Origin: Eledone cirrhosa
Taxonomy: Eukaryota
NCBI GenBank assembly: GCA_964016885.1
Contig: OZ024764.1
Coordinates: forward strand, 25,110,001 to 25,174,000
DNA length: 64,000 bases
Direction of reading: 5' to 3'
The notes under the pieces are model-generated. The model did no database searches, was not told where the DNA came from, and saw nothing but the letters and a program-made list of their open reading frames with translations. The translations under genes were made by a program, and so were the position numbers. Positions 1 through 12,397 of this stretch are shown here, one piece after another. The stretch's first letter is position 1; every line of letters starts with the position of its first letter.

Positions 1-1067
1 AGCGTTTCCAATTCTCTGATAAATATTTGTGAAAGTTCAATCCGTATTTTGATTTAGACTGTTCATATATCTGGACTTCTAAGTATGCCATGACTAAGTT
101 GGCATAAGTTGGAGCGGCTTTTGTGCCCATCGCAGTCCCCGATATTTGCTTGTAAGTATTGCCATCGAAATCAAAAAAGTTGTTCTGTAGGATGAATTTT
201 AATCCCTCGGTGATGAAGCTTTTTTCTATTCTGTCAGGTATCTCATTGGGATATTTCTCTAGCCAGAATCCTATTGCTTCTAGTCCGTATTGGTGTGGGA
301 TCGTTGTGTAGAGATTCACTACATCGAAAGACACAATAATAGTGTCGTTGTTGACATGTTTGGGGAGGTGGTTTAAGAGGTCCAGATCGTCTCTTACAAG
401 GCTTGGTATGTGTTTCAGTATTGGTTTCAGTAGTATGTCTATAAAGTTGCTCAATCTGTGTGTTTCACATTGTGGGCCCGCTACAATTGGTCTTAATTTA
501 AGATCTGTGGGGTATTGTGTGTTCACGCAGGCTGAGGTGGATTGTTTACAGGCATCGTTGATTATTTTACATTTGTGGATCTTCGGAAGTCCGTAAAGGT
601 TGCTGGTTTTGTATTCAAAATTTGTTAAATAATCGCGTTCCTTTTTAGTTAGGTCTTCCTGGTATCGATAAATCAGTGTGTTTAATTTGGTCATTATTTT
701 TGATTGCTGGTAGTTTTTTACTCTTTCATAGTAATTAGCATTTTGTAAGAGAGAGAACATAGAATTTTTATATTTTTCAGCCTCCATAATGACAACAGTA
801 CTTCCCTTGTCCGCTTCCTTAATTACAATGTCCGGATTGTTTTTTAGTTCATGGATAATCTCCCATTCCCTTCGACTTGTGTTGGGTTTGGGTTTAGGTT
901 GCGGTAGTTCATGGTATGGGAAGGTAGCTATGTGGTCACAAAATTTGTCCAGAACTCTGTTTCTACCTTTTGTTGGGTTGTAGCTGCTTTTATTCCGTAC
1001 AATTGATTCGTCGTTATTCTCCTTGTCAAAGAATTCCTCTGTGAGACGTAATTTTCTACAGAAGTGT

Positions 1068-1069
<2 letters not shown>
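1..1069 (-). mobile_element. Penelope-like element, RT-coding fragment running off the window edge
   Basis: Near-identical to 26327-27393, which encodes PLE RT motifs ([34 protein letters not shown]). Truncated at (TA)n at 1070. Confidence 0.9.
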
Positions 1070-1125
<56 letters not shown>

Positions 1126-1126
1126 T

Positions 1127-1222
<96 letters not shown>

Positions 1223-1223
1223 T

Positions 1224-1270
<47 letters not shown>

Positions 1271-1271
<1 letters not shown>

Positions 1272-1450
1272 TTTTTTTGTGTTGCACCATAGAGCATGTG
1301 TGTTCACGTATGTCATTGTGTTTATATGTGGGTAGAGATGTGTGCTGATGTAGGTATGTATGTTGAAGTGTGTATGTTGTGGGTTCGTCTTAGGGAGAAG
1401 TGTTTAGACGGGGTCCGTATTTGTTAATGAAGTAAGATACCTTGCTGATG
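1271..1450 (-). mobile_element. PLE 3' fragment (end of GIY-YIG ORF plus start of 3' UTR)
   Basis: Matches 55950-56122, where the minus strand reads ...SYFINKYGPRLNTSP*. Another copy at 27625-27803. Confidence 0.75.
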
Positions 1451-1460
1451 TATATATATA

Positions 1461-1530
<70 letters not shown>

Positions 1531-1534
<4 letters not shown>

Positions 1535-2130
1535 GAAAAATAAATGTTACGGGCGAAAGAGAGGAATATCCATCGTCAGTTGTCTGCTAGGAATCATAGG
1601 TATTTCTTCGTGTTAGGGGCAAGATACTTCAGCCTAGGGTGAACTATAACTAAAATAAGTTATTAGGATAAAAAAAGAGAGGAAAGAGAGAAAAACATGT
1701 AAACAGACACGAAGGGTGAAGCAACGTAAAGAGAGGAAAAATAGGAAATATATCAAGTCAACAACTCATTTCGAACGTAAGAATGATGAGTTTGACGACA
1801 GAGAAAACGACACGTCTTCACTGTTGCAGTGTTAGCGAGAGAAGAGGCTGCTTACAGTGGTGGACAAGGGAGGAAGTGAACTAGTGGAGAGAGGGAGTGA
1901 GTGAAAGTAAGAGGAAGCGAGAAAGAGATAGTTATAGTGGCAGGGTAGCCGAGATAAGGTGACTAGCAGAGGGGGTGAGCGAAAGTAAGAGGGAGAAGGA
2001 GAGAGAAGGGGGAGAGAGATGATAGGAAGAAGGGGAGAGAAAAGTGACGGGTCACAGCGAAGAAGGAAGCTTATATGAATAAAATGGTGAGCTGTGTGGT
2101 TGCAAATAAGTATAATGAAATAAAAATCTA
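1531..2130 (-). mobile_element. Non-coding dispersed repeat, probable PLE 3' UTR/pLTR remnant
   Basis: Copies at 9181, 27828 and 36307. Minus strand is pyrimidine-rich and carries CTGACGA near its (TA)n end. Related to 2620-2860 (+). Confidence 0.5.
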
Positions 2131-2266
2131 TCTATATAACATGGACCTCCAAGGGCCTGGAGATTAGGTCACAAATTTGATCCCTCTTACAATCTGGAGA
2201 TATGGTCAATATTGGGCCTTAAAACCTTGAGTCCCTTTTATTCTGTGTATGAACATAAATAAATAA

Positions 2267-2450
2267 TTGTTTCTACTTTTGGCACAAGGCCAGCAATTAT
2301 CCAGTGCATTACTGGTACTTTATTTTATCGACCCCGTAAGGATGAAAGGCAAAGTTAACCTCGGCAGGATTTGAACTCAAACCATAAAGGGGCGTAACTC
2401 TTCGCTGCAAAGCATGGCGTCAGACCCTCTACCGATACTGCCAACCCTGA
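2267..2450 (-). mobile_element. tRNA-derived SINE
   Basis: Minus strand has an A-box-like TGGCAGTATCGG, B box GAGTTCAAATCC and the central domain GCCTTTCATCCTTACGGGGTCGATAAAATAAAGTACCAG. Copies at 9917-10100, 28561-28745, 37044-37227; fragments at 29535, 46532 (+), 57259 (+). Confidence 0.85.
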
Positions 2451-2856
2451 AATAATGTAATATATATATATATATATATGTATGTGTGTATATATCTATT
2501 TATATATTGAACTATATTTTTTGTAATCACAGAGCTGGACAGAGTCTACTTCCACAACCCAGTGACGTGTAAGTTTTAGTTTTATACACTATCTAACCAT
2601 TATTCTCTCTGTTCATTCCCGTCTCTCTCTAACTTCACGATTTCACCGAACTTATATTCATGGAAATTTGGGACTTGACTCCTTCTTCCTCACTTTTCGT
2701 TGCTTCACCATCTTTGTTTGTTTACACTCTCGTGTCCCCTTTATTTACGTGTTCCAACGACTTTTTTTAGCCGTTGCTCGCACCAACCGGAGGTATATGG
2801 TCTTTAAAGCGATGAAATACCAATGATGGTTGGAAGATCACTGATGAAGGACTAAC

Positions 2857-2903
<47 letters not shown>

Positions 2904-2945
2904 TGGCTGCCAACTCGTTTTCGAGTACGGCCACTACTTTATATC

Positions 2946-5900
2946 CAGTGAAACTGCCGGCCAAACACTTGTTGTACACCACTTACCATAACTCTAGCAA
3001 CCCACCACATTTATTTCTACTAAATCTCATATTTGTTAAGACTAACGTAGAGATTATAGAAATATCAATGTCTTACTGTAGCTTATAGTGTAGGTTACCA
3101 TAGGGTAGGTTACTGGAGGGTAGGATACCGTAGGGTAGGTTACTGTAGGGTAGGGTACCATAGGGTAGGTTACCATAGGGTAGGTTACCATAGGGTAGGT
3201 TACTGTAGGCTAGGTTACTGTAGGGTAGGATACTGTAGGGTAGGTTACCATAGGGTAGGTTACTGGAGGCTAGGATACCGTAGGGTAGGTTACCATAGGG
3301 TAGGTTACCATATGGTAGGTTACCATAGGGTAGGTTACTGTAGGGTAGGTTACTGTAGGGTAGGTTACTGTAGGCTAGGATACTGTAAGGTAGGTTACTG
3401 TAGGGTAGGATACCGTAAGGTAGGTTACTGTAGGGTAGGTTACTGTAGGGTAGGATACCGTAAGGTAGGTTACCATAGGGTAGGTTACTGTAGGGTAGGG
3501 TACCGTAAGGTAGGTTACCATAGTGTAGGTTACTAGAGGGTAGGTTACTGTAGGGTAGGTTACTGTAAGGTAGGTTACTGTAGGGTAGGTTACTGTAGGG
3601 TAGGTTACTGTAGGGTAGGATACCGTAAGGTAGGTTACCATAGGGTAGGTTACTGTAGGGTAGGATACCGTAAGGTAGGTTACCATAGGGTAGGTTACTG
3701 GAGGGTAGGTTACTGTAGGGTAGGATACCGTAAGGTAGGTTACTGTAGGGTAGGATACCGTAAGGTAGGTTCTGTAGGGTAGGTTACTGTAGGGTAGGAT
3801 ACCGTAAGGTAGGTTACCATAGGGTAGGTTACTGTAGGGTAGGATACCGTAAGGTAGGTTACCATAGGGTAGGTTACTGTAGGGTAGGATACCGTAAGGT
3901 AGGTTACCATAGGGTAGGTTAGTGTAGTGTAGGTTACTGTAGTGTAGGATACCGTAAGGTAGGTTACCATAGGGTAGGTTAGTGTAGTGTAGGTTACTGT
4001 AGGGCAGGATACCGTAAGGTAGGTTACTGTAGGCTAGGATACTGTAAGGTAGGTTACTGTAGGGTAGGATACCGTAAGGTAGGTTACTGTAGGGTAGGTT
4101 ACTGTAGGGTAGGTTACTGTAGGGTAGGATACCGTAAGGTAGGTTTACATAGGGTAGGTTACTGTAGGGTAGGGTACCGTAAGGTAGGTTACCATAGGGT
4201 AGGTTACTGGAGGGTAGGTTACTGTAGGGTAGGTTACTGTAGGGTAGGTTACTGTAAGGTAGGTTACTGTAGGGTAGGATACCGTAAGGTAGGTTACTGT
4301 AGGGTAGGTTACTGTAGGGTAGGTTACTGTAGGGTAGGATACCGTAAGGTAGGTTACCATAGGGTAGGTTACTGTAGGTTAGGATACTGTAAGGTAGGTT
4401 ACCATAGGGTAGGTTACTGTAGGGTAGGATACCGTAAGGTAGGTTACCATAGGGTAGGTTAGTGTAGTGTAGGTTACTGTAGTGTAGGATACCGTAAGGT
4501 AGGTTACCATAGGGTAGGTTAGTGTAGTGTAGGTTACTGTAGGGCAGGATACCTTAAGGTTGGTTACCATAGGGTAGGTTAGTGTAGTGTAGGTTACTGT
4601 AGGGTAGGATACCGTAAGGTAGGTTACCATAGGGTAGGTTACCATAGGGTAGGTTAGTGTAGGGTAGGCTACTGTAGGGTAGGTTACTGTAGGGTAGGTT
4701 ACCATAAGGCAGGTTACCATAGAGTAAGGTACCTAAGTTTAGGTTACCATAGGGTAGGTTATTTAGGCTAGGTTACTGTAGGTTAGGTTACTGTATGGTA
4801 GGTTGCCATAGGGTAGGTTATCATAGTGTAGGTTACCATAGGGTAGGTTTCTGGAGGGTAGGTTATTATAGCGTAGGTTACCATAGTGTAGGTTACCATA
4901 GCGTAGGTTACCATAGGGTAGGTTACCATAGGGTAGGTTACTGGAGGGTAGGTTATTATAGGGTAGGTTAACATAGGGTAGGTTAACATACTGTAGCTTA
5001 CCATAGGGTAGGTTATTATAGGGTAGGTTATTATAGGGTAGGTTACCATAGGGTAGCTTACTGGAGGGTAGGTTATCATAGGGAGGGTTACCATTGGGTA
5101 GGTTACTGTAGGGTAGGGTAGGTTACTATAGGGTAGGTTACTATAGGGTACGTTATTATAGGGAAGGTTACCAATGGGTAGGTTACTGTAGGTTAGGTTA
5201 CCATAGGGTAGGTTACTGTAGTGTACCGTAGTGTAGGTTACCATAGGGTAGGTTACCATAGGGTACGTTATTATAGGGTAGGTTTCCATAACGTAGGTTT
5301 CCATAGAGTACGTTAGCATAGGGTAGGTTACCTTATGGTAGGTTACCATAGGGTAGGTTACCATAGGGTAAGTTACTATAGGTTAGGTTACCATAGGGTA
5401 GGTTACCGTAGTGTAGGTTAATGTAGGGTAGGTTACTATAGGATAGAGTACCATAGGGTAGGTTACAATAGGGTATGGTACCATAGGGTAGGTTACCATA
5501 GGGTAGGTTACCATAGGTTAGGTTACCTTACGTTAGGTTACAATAGGTTAGGTTATCATAGGTTAGTATACTATAGGATAATGTTACCATAGGGCATGTT
5601 AGCATAGGCTTGGTTACCATAGGGGAGGTTACTATAGGTTGTTACCATAGGGTAGGTTACCATAGGGTAGGTAACTATATGGTAGGTTACTGTAGGGTAG
5701 ATTACCATAAGGTAGGTTACTATAGGGTAGGTTACCATAGGGTTGATTACCTTAAGGTAGGTTACCATAGGGTAGGTTACCTTAGGGTAGGTTACTATAG
5801 GGTAGAGTACCAAAGGGTAGGTTACTCTAGGGTAGATTACCATAGGGTAGGTTACCATAGGGTAGGTTACCATAGGGTAGGTTACCATAAGGGAGGTTAT

Positions 5901-6980
5901 TATAGGGTAGGCTACCATAAGCTAGGTTACAATCGGGTTGGTTACTACAAGATAGGTTACCATAGGGTAGGTTAGCATAGTGTAGGTTACTATAGGGTAG
6001 GTTACCATAAGTTAGGTTACTATAGGGTAGGTTATATATGACAGTTTACCATAGGGTAGGTTACCATAGGGTAGGTTACCATAAGGTGGGTTATCATAGG
6101 CAGGTTACCATATGTTAGGTTACCATAAGTAGGTTACCATAGGCTAGTTTACCATAGGTAGGTTACTATAGGGTAGATTACTGTAGGGTAGATTACCATA
6201 AGGTAGGTTACTATAGGGTAGGTTACCATAGGGTTGATTACCTTAAGGTAGGTTACCATAGGGTAGGTTACCTTAGGGTAGGTTACTATAGGGTAGAGTA
6301 CCATAGGGTAGGTTACTCTAGGGTAGATTACCATAGGGTAGGTTACCATAGGGTAGGTTACCATAGGGTAGGTTACCATAAGGGAGGTTATTATAGGGTA
6401 GGCTACCATAAGCTAGGTTACAATCGGGTTGGTTACTATAAGATAGGTTACCATAGGGTAGGTTACCATAGTGTAGATTACTATAGGGTAGGTTACCATA
6501 AGTTAGGTTACTATAGGGTAGGTTATATATGACAGTTTACCATAGGGTAGGTTACCATAGGGTAGGTTACCATAAGGTGGGTTATCATAGGCAGGTTACC
6601 ATATGTTAGGTTACCATAAGTAGGTTACCATAGGCTAGTTTACCATAGGTAGGTTACCAGAGGTTGTCATAGGGTAGGTTACCAAACCATAGGTTACCAC
6701 AGGGTAGGTTACCATAGGTTAGGTTACCATACCATATGTTTGTTAAGGTTAGGCTAGGCTGGTTTACTCGGTGAGTTAGAACTCACTTGTGACTGTAGTG
6801 TTTTAGAAGAAGGGTCTTAACATTTAGTGCACCACTAAATTTTTTAGCTGATTCCCCTGCAACTGCCTTATTTTGGGGGGGTCGTCTTATCAATGCAATA
6901 GGGTCCTAAACCTAAGTTACACCTCAGAATTTTAGGGGCCGACCTATGTACCAGATAGACTTGTACACCGGCATATATGG
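2946..6980. mobile_element. Left-truncated copy of the minisatellite-bearing TIR element
   Basis: Same unique flanks and right TIR (CTTGTACACCGGCATATATGG|TA) as 15873-18325. Confidence 0.75.
3088..6740 (+). repeat. 15-bp G-rich minisatellite (TAGGGTAGGTTACCA / TAGGGTAGGTTACTG variants)
   Basis: Direct tandem periodicity; source of the spurious VTYP and VGYHR ORFs. Confidence 0.97.
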
Positions 6981-7199
6981 TATATATATATATATGCAAA
7001 GAGAGAGAGAGAAAGAGGAAGTGAGAGAGATGCATTAAAACAATAACAGAAGGTCTGACTGGAGAATTTACTTTAGAATTTTAAGAGAAAAGAGGAAGGT
7101 TTCAGACTTCTGGAATTCCTTCACGAAAATGTCCAATTTATCTGTAACAAACTTCAAGAAACGAGACAACCACTTAATAACCTATAGATCAAGTTAGCC

Positions 7200-8560
7200 C
7201 ACCAGCTAGATAGATTTCATTGTTACCAGAAGACAGAGTGACTGTTATAAACACAAAGTCCGTCCCTAGTGAAGAATGCACCTCCCAACATACCTTAGAA
7301 GACAACCTGGAAGAAAAGAGTAGAGATCAAAATCAAAAGGTCTTAAAGTCAATTTGGTAAAGATTAAAGTTCTAGTAAGTAGAAAGGAAAACAGGGCCCA
7401 GATCTCTTCAGGTAAACTGTCCTGCTCAGTGTGCAGAAAAGGAGTAGGTAGAAATTCCATCCTATGTCCCATATAGAAATGATGGGTACACAAAAGATGT
7501 TGTGGGATATCAGGCAGGCTAACAAAGAAAGTAGCTTCTATATGTGGCCAATGAACAGGGGCAGTAAATAACAAGAGCTCTCAGGTTACAATCTCCTTCA
7601 AATGCCCAGAAATCTCTGTAGAGGTGGTAGATAGTTTCTGTTACCTGGGTGACCAAATCAGCAGTGTAGTAGGGTGGTCCAAAAACTCAGTAACCAGAGT
7701 GAGATTAGATTGGCGAAAGTGCAGGGATCTACTACTACTGCTAACTACAAAAGGTTTTTCCCTCAAAATGAAGGGCAGATTGTCTGATGCAGGTATACAA
7801 ACAACAATGTTGCACAGCAGCGCGACCCGGGCACTGTCCGCAGAAGATCTGTAAAGATTGGAAAGAAATGAAGCCTCCATGCTTCAATGGATGTGCCATA
7901 GTAATATATGCAAATGGCAAAACATAAATGTACTGTGAGAGAAATTAGGCATAAGAGGGATTAGTTGCAGTGTGCAGGAGAGGAGATTGTTTTGGTTTAG
8001 ACATGTGATGTGTATGAAGGGTGACAGCAATACAAAAAGGTTCTAAACGCACAAAGTTGACAGAAGCCATGGAGTGGGCAGGTCTAGGAAGACTTGGGAT
8101 GAGGTAAGGAAAGCTGACTTTGCACAATTACACCTCGCTAAGGCAATGACACAGGATGTTGACCTCTGGCGCTATGCACAATTATAGAGGACCTGCCCTC
8201 ATAAAGACACGAGCTGAGGCATATATCTAGTATGTAACACCTTCCCCACCATCTTCCCTCCCAAACATCTCAATAGATGTTATCATCCCACCCCTATAAC
8301 AACATCCACAATCCACCAGACATTTTCCCTACCAACACCCCACTCAAGTTCCCAAACTTCACCATAAAGAGGTCCCACTGCAGCCATGACAACGTGTCCA
8401 GTCCACACTGTACAGTGTTCATGTAGGTGTCCTTACAAAAAGCACCCAGCACACTGTACAAATGTGGTTGGCATAAGAAAGGGCATCCAACCATAAAAAC
8501 CAAGCTAAAATCAGTTCCATGTGAGTGAAACATGGTCCTCTGACCTCATCTCCCACAAAG
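7200..8560 (+). pseudogene. Decayed RTE-clade LINE 3' portion (RT C-terminus plus 3' UTR)
   Basis: VDSFCYLGD, GFSLKMKGRL and LWRYA motifs homologous to 47622-48746, with many stops. Copies at 18543-19900 and 34373-35740. Confidence 0.85.
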
Positions 8561-8950
8561 GTACAACCCATCCAACACATTGCCATTCCTTAAGTGCCTT
8601 TCCAGACATCAAGGCCACCTGGCACACACAAGTCAGCCAGAGAATACCTTCTTTATTTAAGGCTTTTAACATCTGAAGCCAGATTTCATCTTCCCCAGCA
8701 GTTTTACCACATTTGAGCTCTTTAACTGCTCTTGTGACCTCAGCCTCTGAGAGATTAGTCACCACTCCCAGATACACCTCATCTACATCCAAAGATGCTG
8801 TTGTGGTCGGGTTTAGGAGGTCAGCAACATATTCTCTCCACCTGGTGGGGATGCACCTTTCTGAAAATAGGAGAACCCAGGATTAATACTTGATAGCAGG
8901 TGTGGAGGAAGGCTTCGTATTACGAAGCCGGCAGATGATCTGCCAGATCA
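8560..8950 (-). pseudogene. RTE LINE fragment, Rex3/Expander-like region upstream of RT
   Basis: EVTRAVKELKCGKTAGEDEI...LKALNKEGILWLT...EWQ. Copies at 19900-20280 and 35730-36110. Confidence 0.75.
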
Positions 8951-8993
8951 CATTATTTGCATATATGTGTATATATATACACATATATATATA

Positions 8994-9027
<34 letters not shown>

Positions 9028-9028
9028 A

Positions 9029-9119
<91 letters not shown>

Positions 9120-10363
9120 TTTATATATATATGTGTGTGTGTGTGTATATATATATATACACATATATATATATATATATAATGAAAAATAAATGTTAGG
9201 AGCGAAAGAGAGGAATATCCATCGTCAGTTGTCTGCTAGGAATCATAGGTGTTTCTTCGTGTTAGGGGCAAGATACCTCAGCCTAGGGTGAACTATAACT
9301 AAAATAAGTTATTGGGATAAAAAAAAGGGGGGAAAGAGAGAAAAACATGTAAACAGACACGAAGGGTGAAGCAACGTAAAGAGAGGAAAAATAGGAAATA
9401 TATCAAGTCAACAACTCATTTCGAACGTAAGAATGGTGGTGAGTTTGACGACAGAGAAAACGACACGTCTTCACTGTTGCAGTGTTAGCGAGAGAAGAGG
9501 CTGCTTACAGTGGTGGACAAGGGAGGAAGTGAACTAGTGGAGAGAGGGAGTGAGTGAAAGTAAGAGGAAGCGAGAAAGAGATAGTTATAGTGGCAGGGTA
9601 GCCGAGATAAGGTGACTAGCAGAGGGGTGAGCGAAAGTAAGAGGGAGAAGGAGAGAGAAGGGGGAGAGAGATGATAGGAAGAAGGGGAGAGAAAAGTGAC
9701 GGGTCACAGCGAAGAAGGAAGCTTATATGAATAAAATGGTGAGCTGTGTGGTTGCAAATAAGTAAAATGAAATAAAAATCTATCTATATAACATAGACAT
9801 CTAAGGGCCTGGAGATTAGGTCACAAATTTGATCCCTCTTACAATCTGGAGATATGGTCAATATGGGCCTTAAAACCTTGAGTCCCTTTTCTTCTGTGTA
9901 TGAACAGAAATAAATAATTGTTTCTACTTTTGGCACAAGGCCAGCAATTATTCAGTGCATTATTAGTACTTTATTTTATCGACCCCGTAAGGATGAAAGG
10001 CAAAGTTAACCTCGGCGGGATTCGAACTCAAACCATAAAGGGGCGTAACTCTTTGCTGCAAAGCATGGCGTCAGACCCTCTACCGATACTGCCAACCCTG
10101 AAATAATGTAATATATATATATATATATGTATGTGTGTATGTATCTATTTATATATTTAACTATATTTTTTGTAATCACAGAGCTGGACAGAGTCCACTT
10201 CCACAACACAGTAACGTGTAAGTTTTAGTTTTATACACTATCTAACCATTATTCTATCTGTTCATTCCCGTCTCTCTCTATCTCTCTCTCTATATATTTA
10301 TATATATATATACATAAGTATGTATATATATATAAGTATGTATACGTACATAGATATATGTAT

Positions 10364-10627
10364 CCATGTAGGGGCTCCCAAAGGAGCACTGAGTGCAATG
10401 TCAACTCTGGATGTCGGTGAGTATGTCCAGCTAACCTCAGTCTCCTCTGTGTCACCTTTGAGCTGACCTTTGGACACACTAGAAGAGGAAGACCAAGGTT
10501 AACGTATGTTGATGCCCTAAGGACAGACACTGGTCTGTTGGAGACGCAAGAGATGGCAGCGATAATGAGGGACAGAGACCGCTGGAGAGAACTCGTCCAT
10601 GGATCTCGGGAATTTTACCCGCCTTAG
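10364..10627 (+). mobile_element. Short 3' fragment of the 49490-52539 RTE with a 5' inversion
   Basis: 10471-10627 matches 52383-52538; 10364-10470 is the inverted upstream segment. Copies near 29005 and 37485. Confidence 0.85.
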
Positions 10628-10630
10628 CGA

Positions 10631-11327
10631 TATATGTATACAGACGTACAGTAGTATGTATATCTATATACATACATGCACACACATATATATATGAACG
10701 TATGGATTCACCGAACATTTATTATAATGCTCGGTGTGTTTGTAAACAAACATCCCCAATTGTGCCTGACAGTGTCTCACTGTGTCATTTCCCACTCTTA
10801 GTACGTGTGTATACATATATGTATGTACGTATACATACTTATATTTAAGTAACAGCCGTACTAAGAGTGAGAAATGAAATTTCGTTTCATTTTTCCGTTT
10901 ATCCTTTTCGGTATCCCGGCCGAATAACTCACTCGATATGAAAATTAGGCTGCTCAGCTGTTAATATGCATAAGCAGAGTATATACTTTCAGACGTTCAA
11001 CCATCTGGCAGGAATGTATACGTTGCTGACGATATCTAATAAGCTTGAAACTAGTACATCATTCCTTTGTCAGTGTTGAACAAATGAGCAACGATGGTTG
11101 GTAAACACTGTACGGCTTAATTCGGGATGTTTGTTTACAAATACACCGAGCATTATAATAAATGTTCGGTAAATCCATTCGTACATATATATATATGTGT
11201 GCATGTATGTATATATATATACATACTACTGTACGTCTGTATACATATATGTATGTACGTATACATACTTATATTTAAGTAACAGCCGTACTAAGAGTGA
11301 GAAATGAAATTTCGTTTCATTTTTTCT
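10631..11327 (+). mobile_element. Decayed retrozyme-like element (family C) with inverted arm
   Basis: Contains an HHR-like core, a direct repeat with 430-bp offset (10809/11239) and an inverted arm (10631-10775 vs ~11100-11249). Copy at 37738-38434. Confidence 0.6.
10995..11081 (+). ncRNA. Degenerate type I hammerhead ribozyme
   Basis: CTGACGA-tatct aata agctt-GAAAC TA GTA, inside extended stem I pairings gttcaac/gttgaac, ctggca/tgtcag and ggaat/attcc. Copy at 38102-38188. Confidence 0.65.
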
Positions 11328-11332
11328 GCTTA

Positions 11333-12120
11333 TCTATATATATAAAACTGTGGTTGTCTGTCTGTCTATCGATTTTTGGCACACATCTCCTCTTAGAATC
11401 TCTCACGGAATTGCACCGAAATTGCTATACTTGTACATTGAGCCCTAGCGAAGACATCGGAAAAAAAAATATTTCAAATTGACCCACTCTATGTGACGAA
11501 ATCGAATATAATGTATCGATTTTTGAGCGTAAGTGATCAGTTATTTCCCTTTGTTCTGTTTACATTGAGCGTCTTACGTAAAAAATTACGCTGGCTTTAA
11601 CAGTTGTCGAGCCAGCAAAATACTGACCTGCAAAATTCATCAGTTCGAACACTAAGCTTCCGTTTTGCTTCATTTCCATTTAAAAGCATTTTAAAACAAT
11701 ATTTTTACTTGAAAACAAGTCTATTTAAAGACTACGTAAAACAAGCAAATATTTCGTCGTTAGGCGTGCAGACAGACAGTCGTGCAGAGAGGTGATATAG
11801 GCGTGCAGACAGACATAACTGATAATTTGGTTACGCTAATGTTTTTCTCTGCGTTGCAGTGTTTACATTTTCGATCTTTGTTAATAAATAACCAGTGCAG
11901 TTTCTATCCCCAGAATCCTCTTTTGTTATAACATTCGGGTTATCGTTATGTTTTCTTAACTTCATAAGGCATATTGTTGGTTGAGGGAATATTAATCAAA
12001 AACACCACATGCAAGTCTGCACAGTAGACACTACAGTTTTTAAGCCAAGAAAGAAACTTAACATTGTAACTTTAACACAGCTACTGAGCGACCCCGAGCA
12101 ACGCCGGGCTTTACTGCTAG
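11333..12120 (+). mobile_element. Non-autonomous Helitron
   Basis: A|TC...CTAG|T ends, subterminal hairpin CCCGaGC-aac-GCCGGG shortly before CTAG, no TSD. Confidence 0.85.
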
Positions 12121-12266
12121 TATATATATATAGTAAGGTGTATTATTAGTTGTGTAAAACGGTCCAATAAATTTTTGTTACCAATATTAAGTTCTCCACG
12201 CTTTTGTATATCTCCAATTCCATTCAAGGGAACAGCTAGATGATGTAAAACGGAGTATTTCTATCA

Positions 12267-12359
12267 AAATGAAAATCCGAAGGCAAGGTAAAATTTCCAA
12301 TCATTTTAATCCCGTCGTGATTAAAATGATTGGAAATGTTACCCTCCCTTCGGATTTTC

Positions 12360-12363
<4 letters not shown>
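12267..12363. repeat. Fold-back inverted repeat, ~45-bp arms and 7-nt loop
   Basis: aaatgaaaatccgaagg...attttaatc ccgtcgt gattaaaat...ccttcggattttcattt. Copy at 39517-39613. Confidence 0.9.

Positions 12364-12397
<34 letters not shown>

Noticed and set aside
928-1335. YIYI, CVCV and THTH ORFs throughout the window
   Set aside because: Microsatellite artefacts.
2267-2450. tRNA gene
   Set aside because: A and B boxes belong to a SINE head; no cloverleaf is evident.
3312-6409. VTYP/VGYHR repeat ORFs, also at 16-18, 30-33 and 41 kb
   Set aside because: Translations of a 15-bp minisatellite; frames break at indels and there is no gene structure.
3088-6740. True telomere
   Set aside because: Interstitial, bounded by unique flanks, and the unit is a 15-mer rather than TTAGGG.
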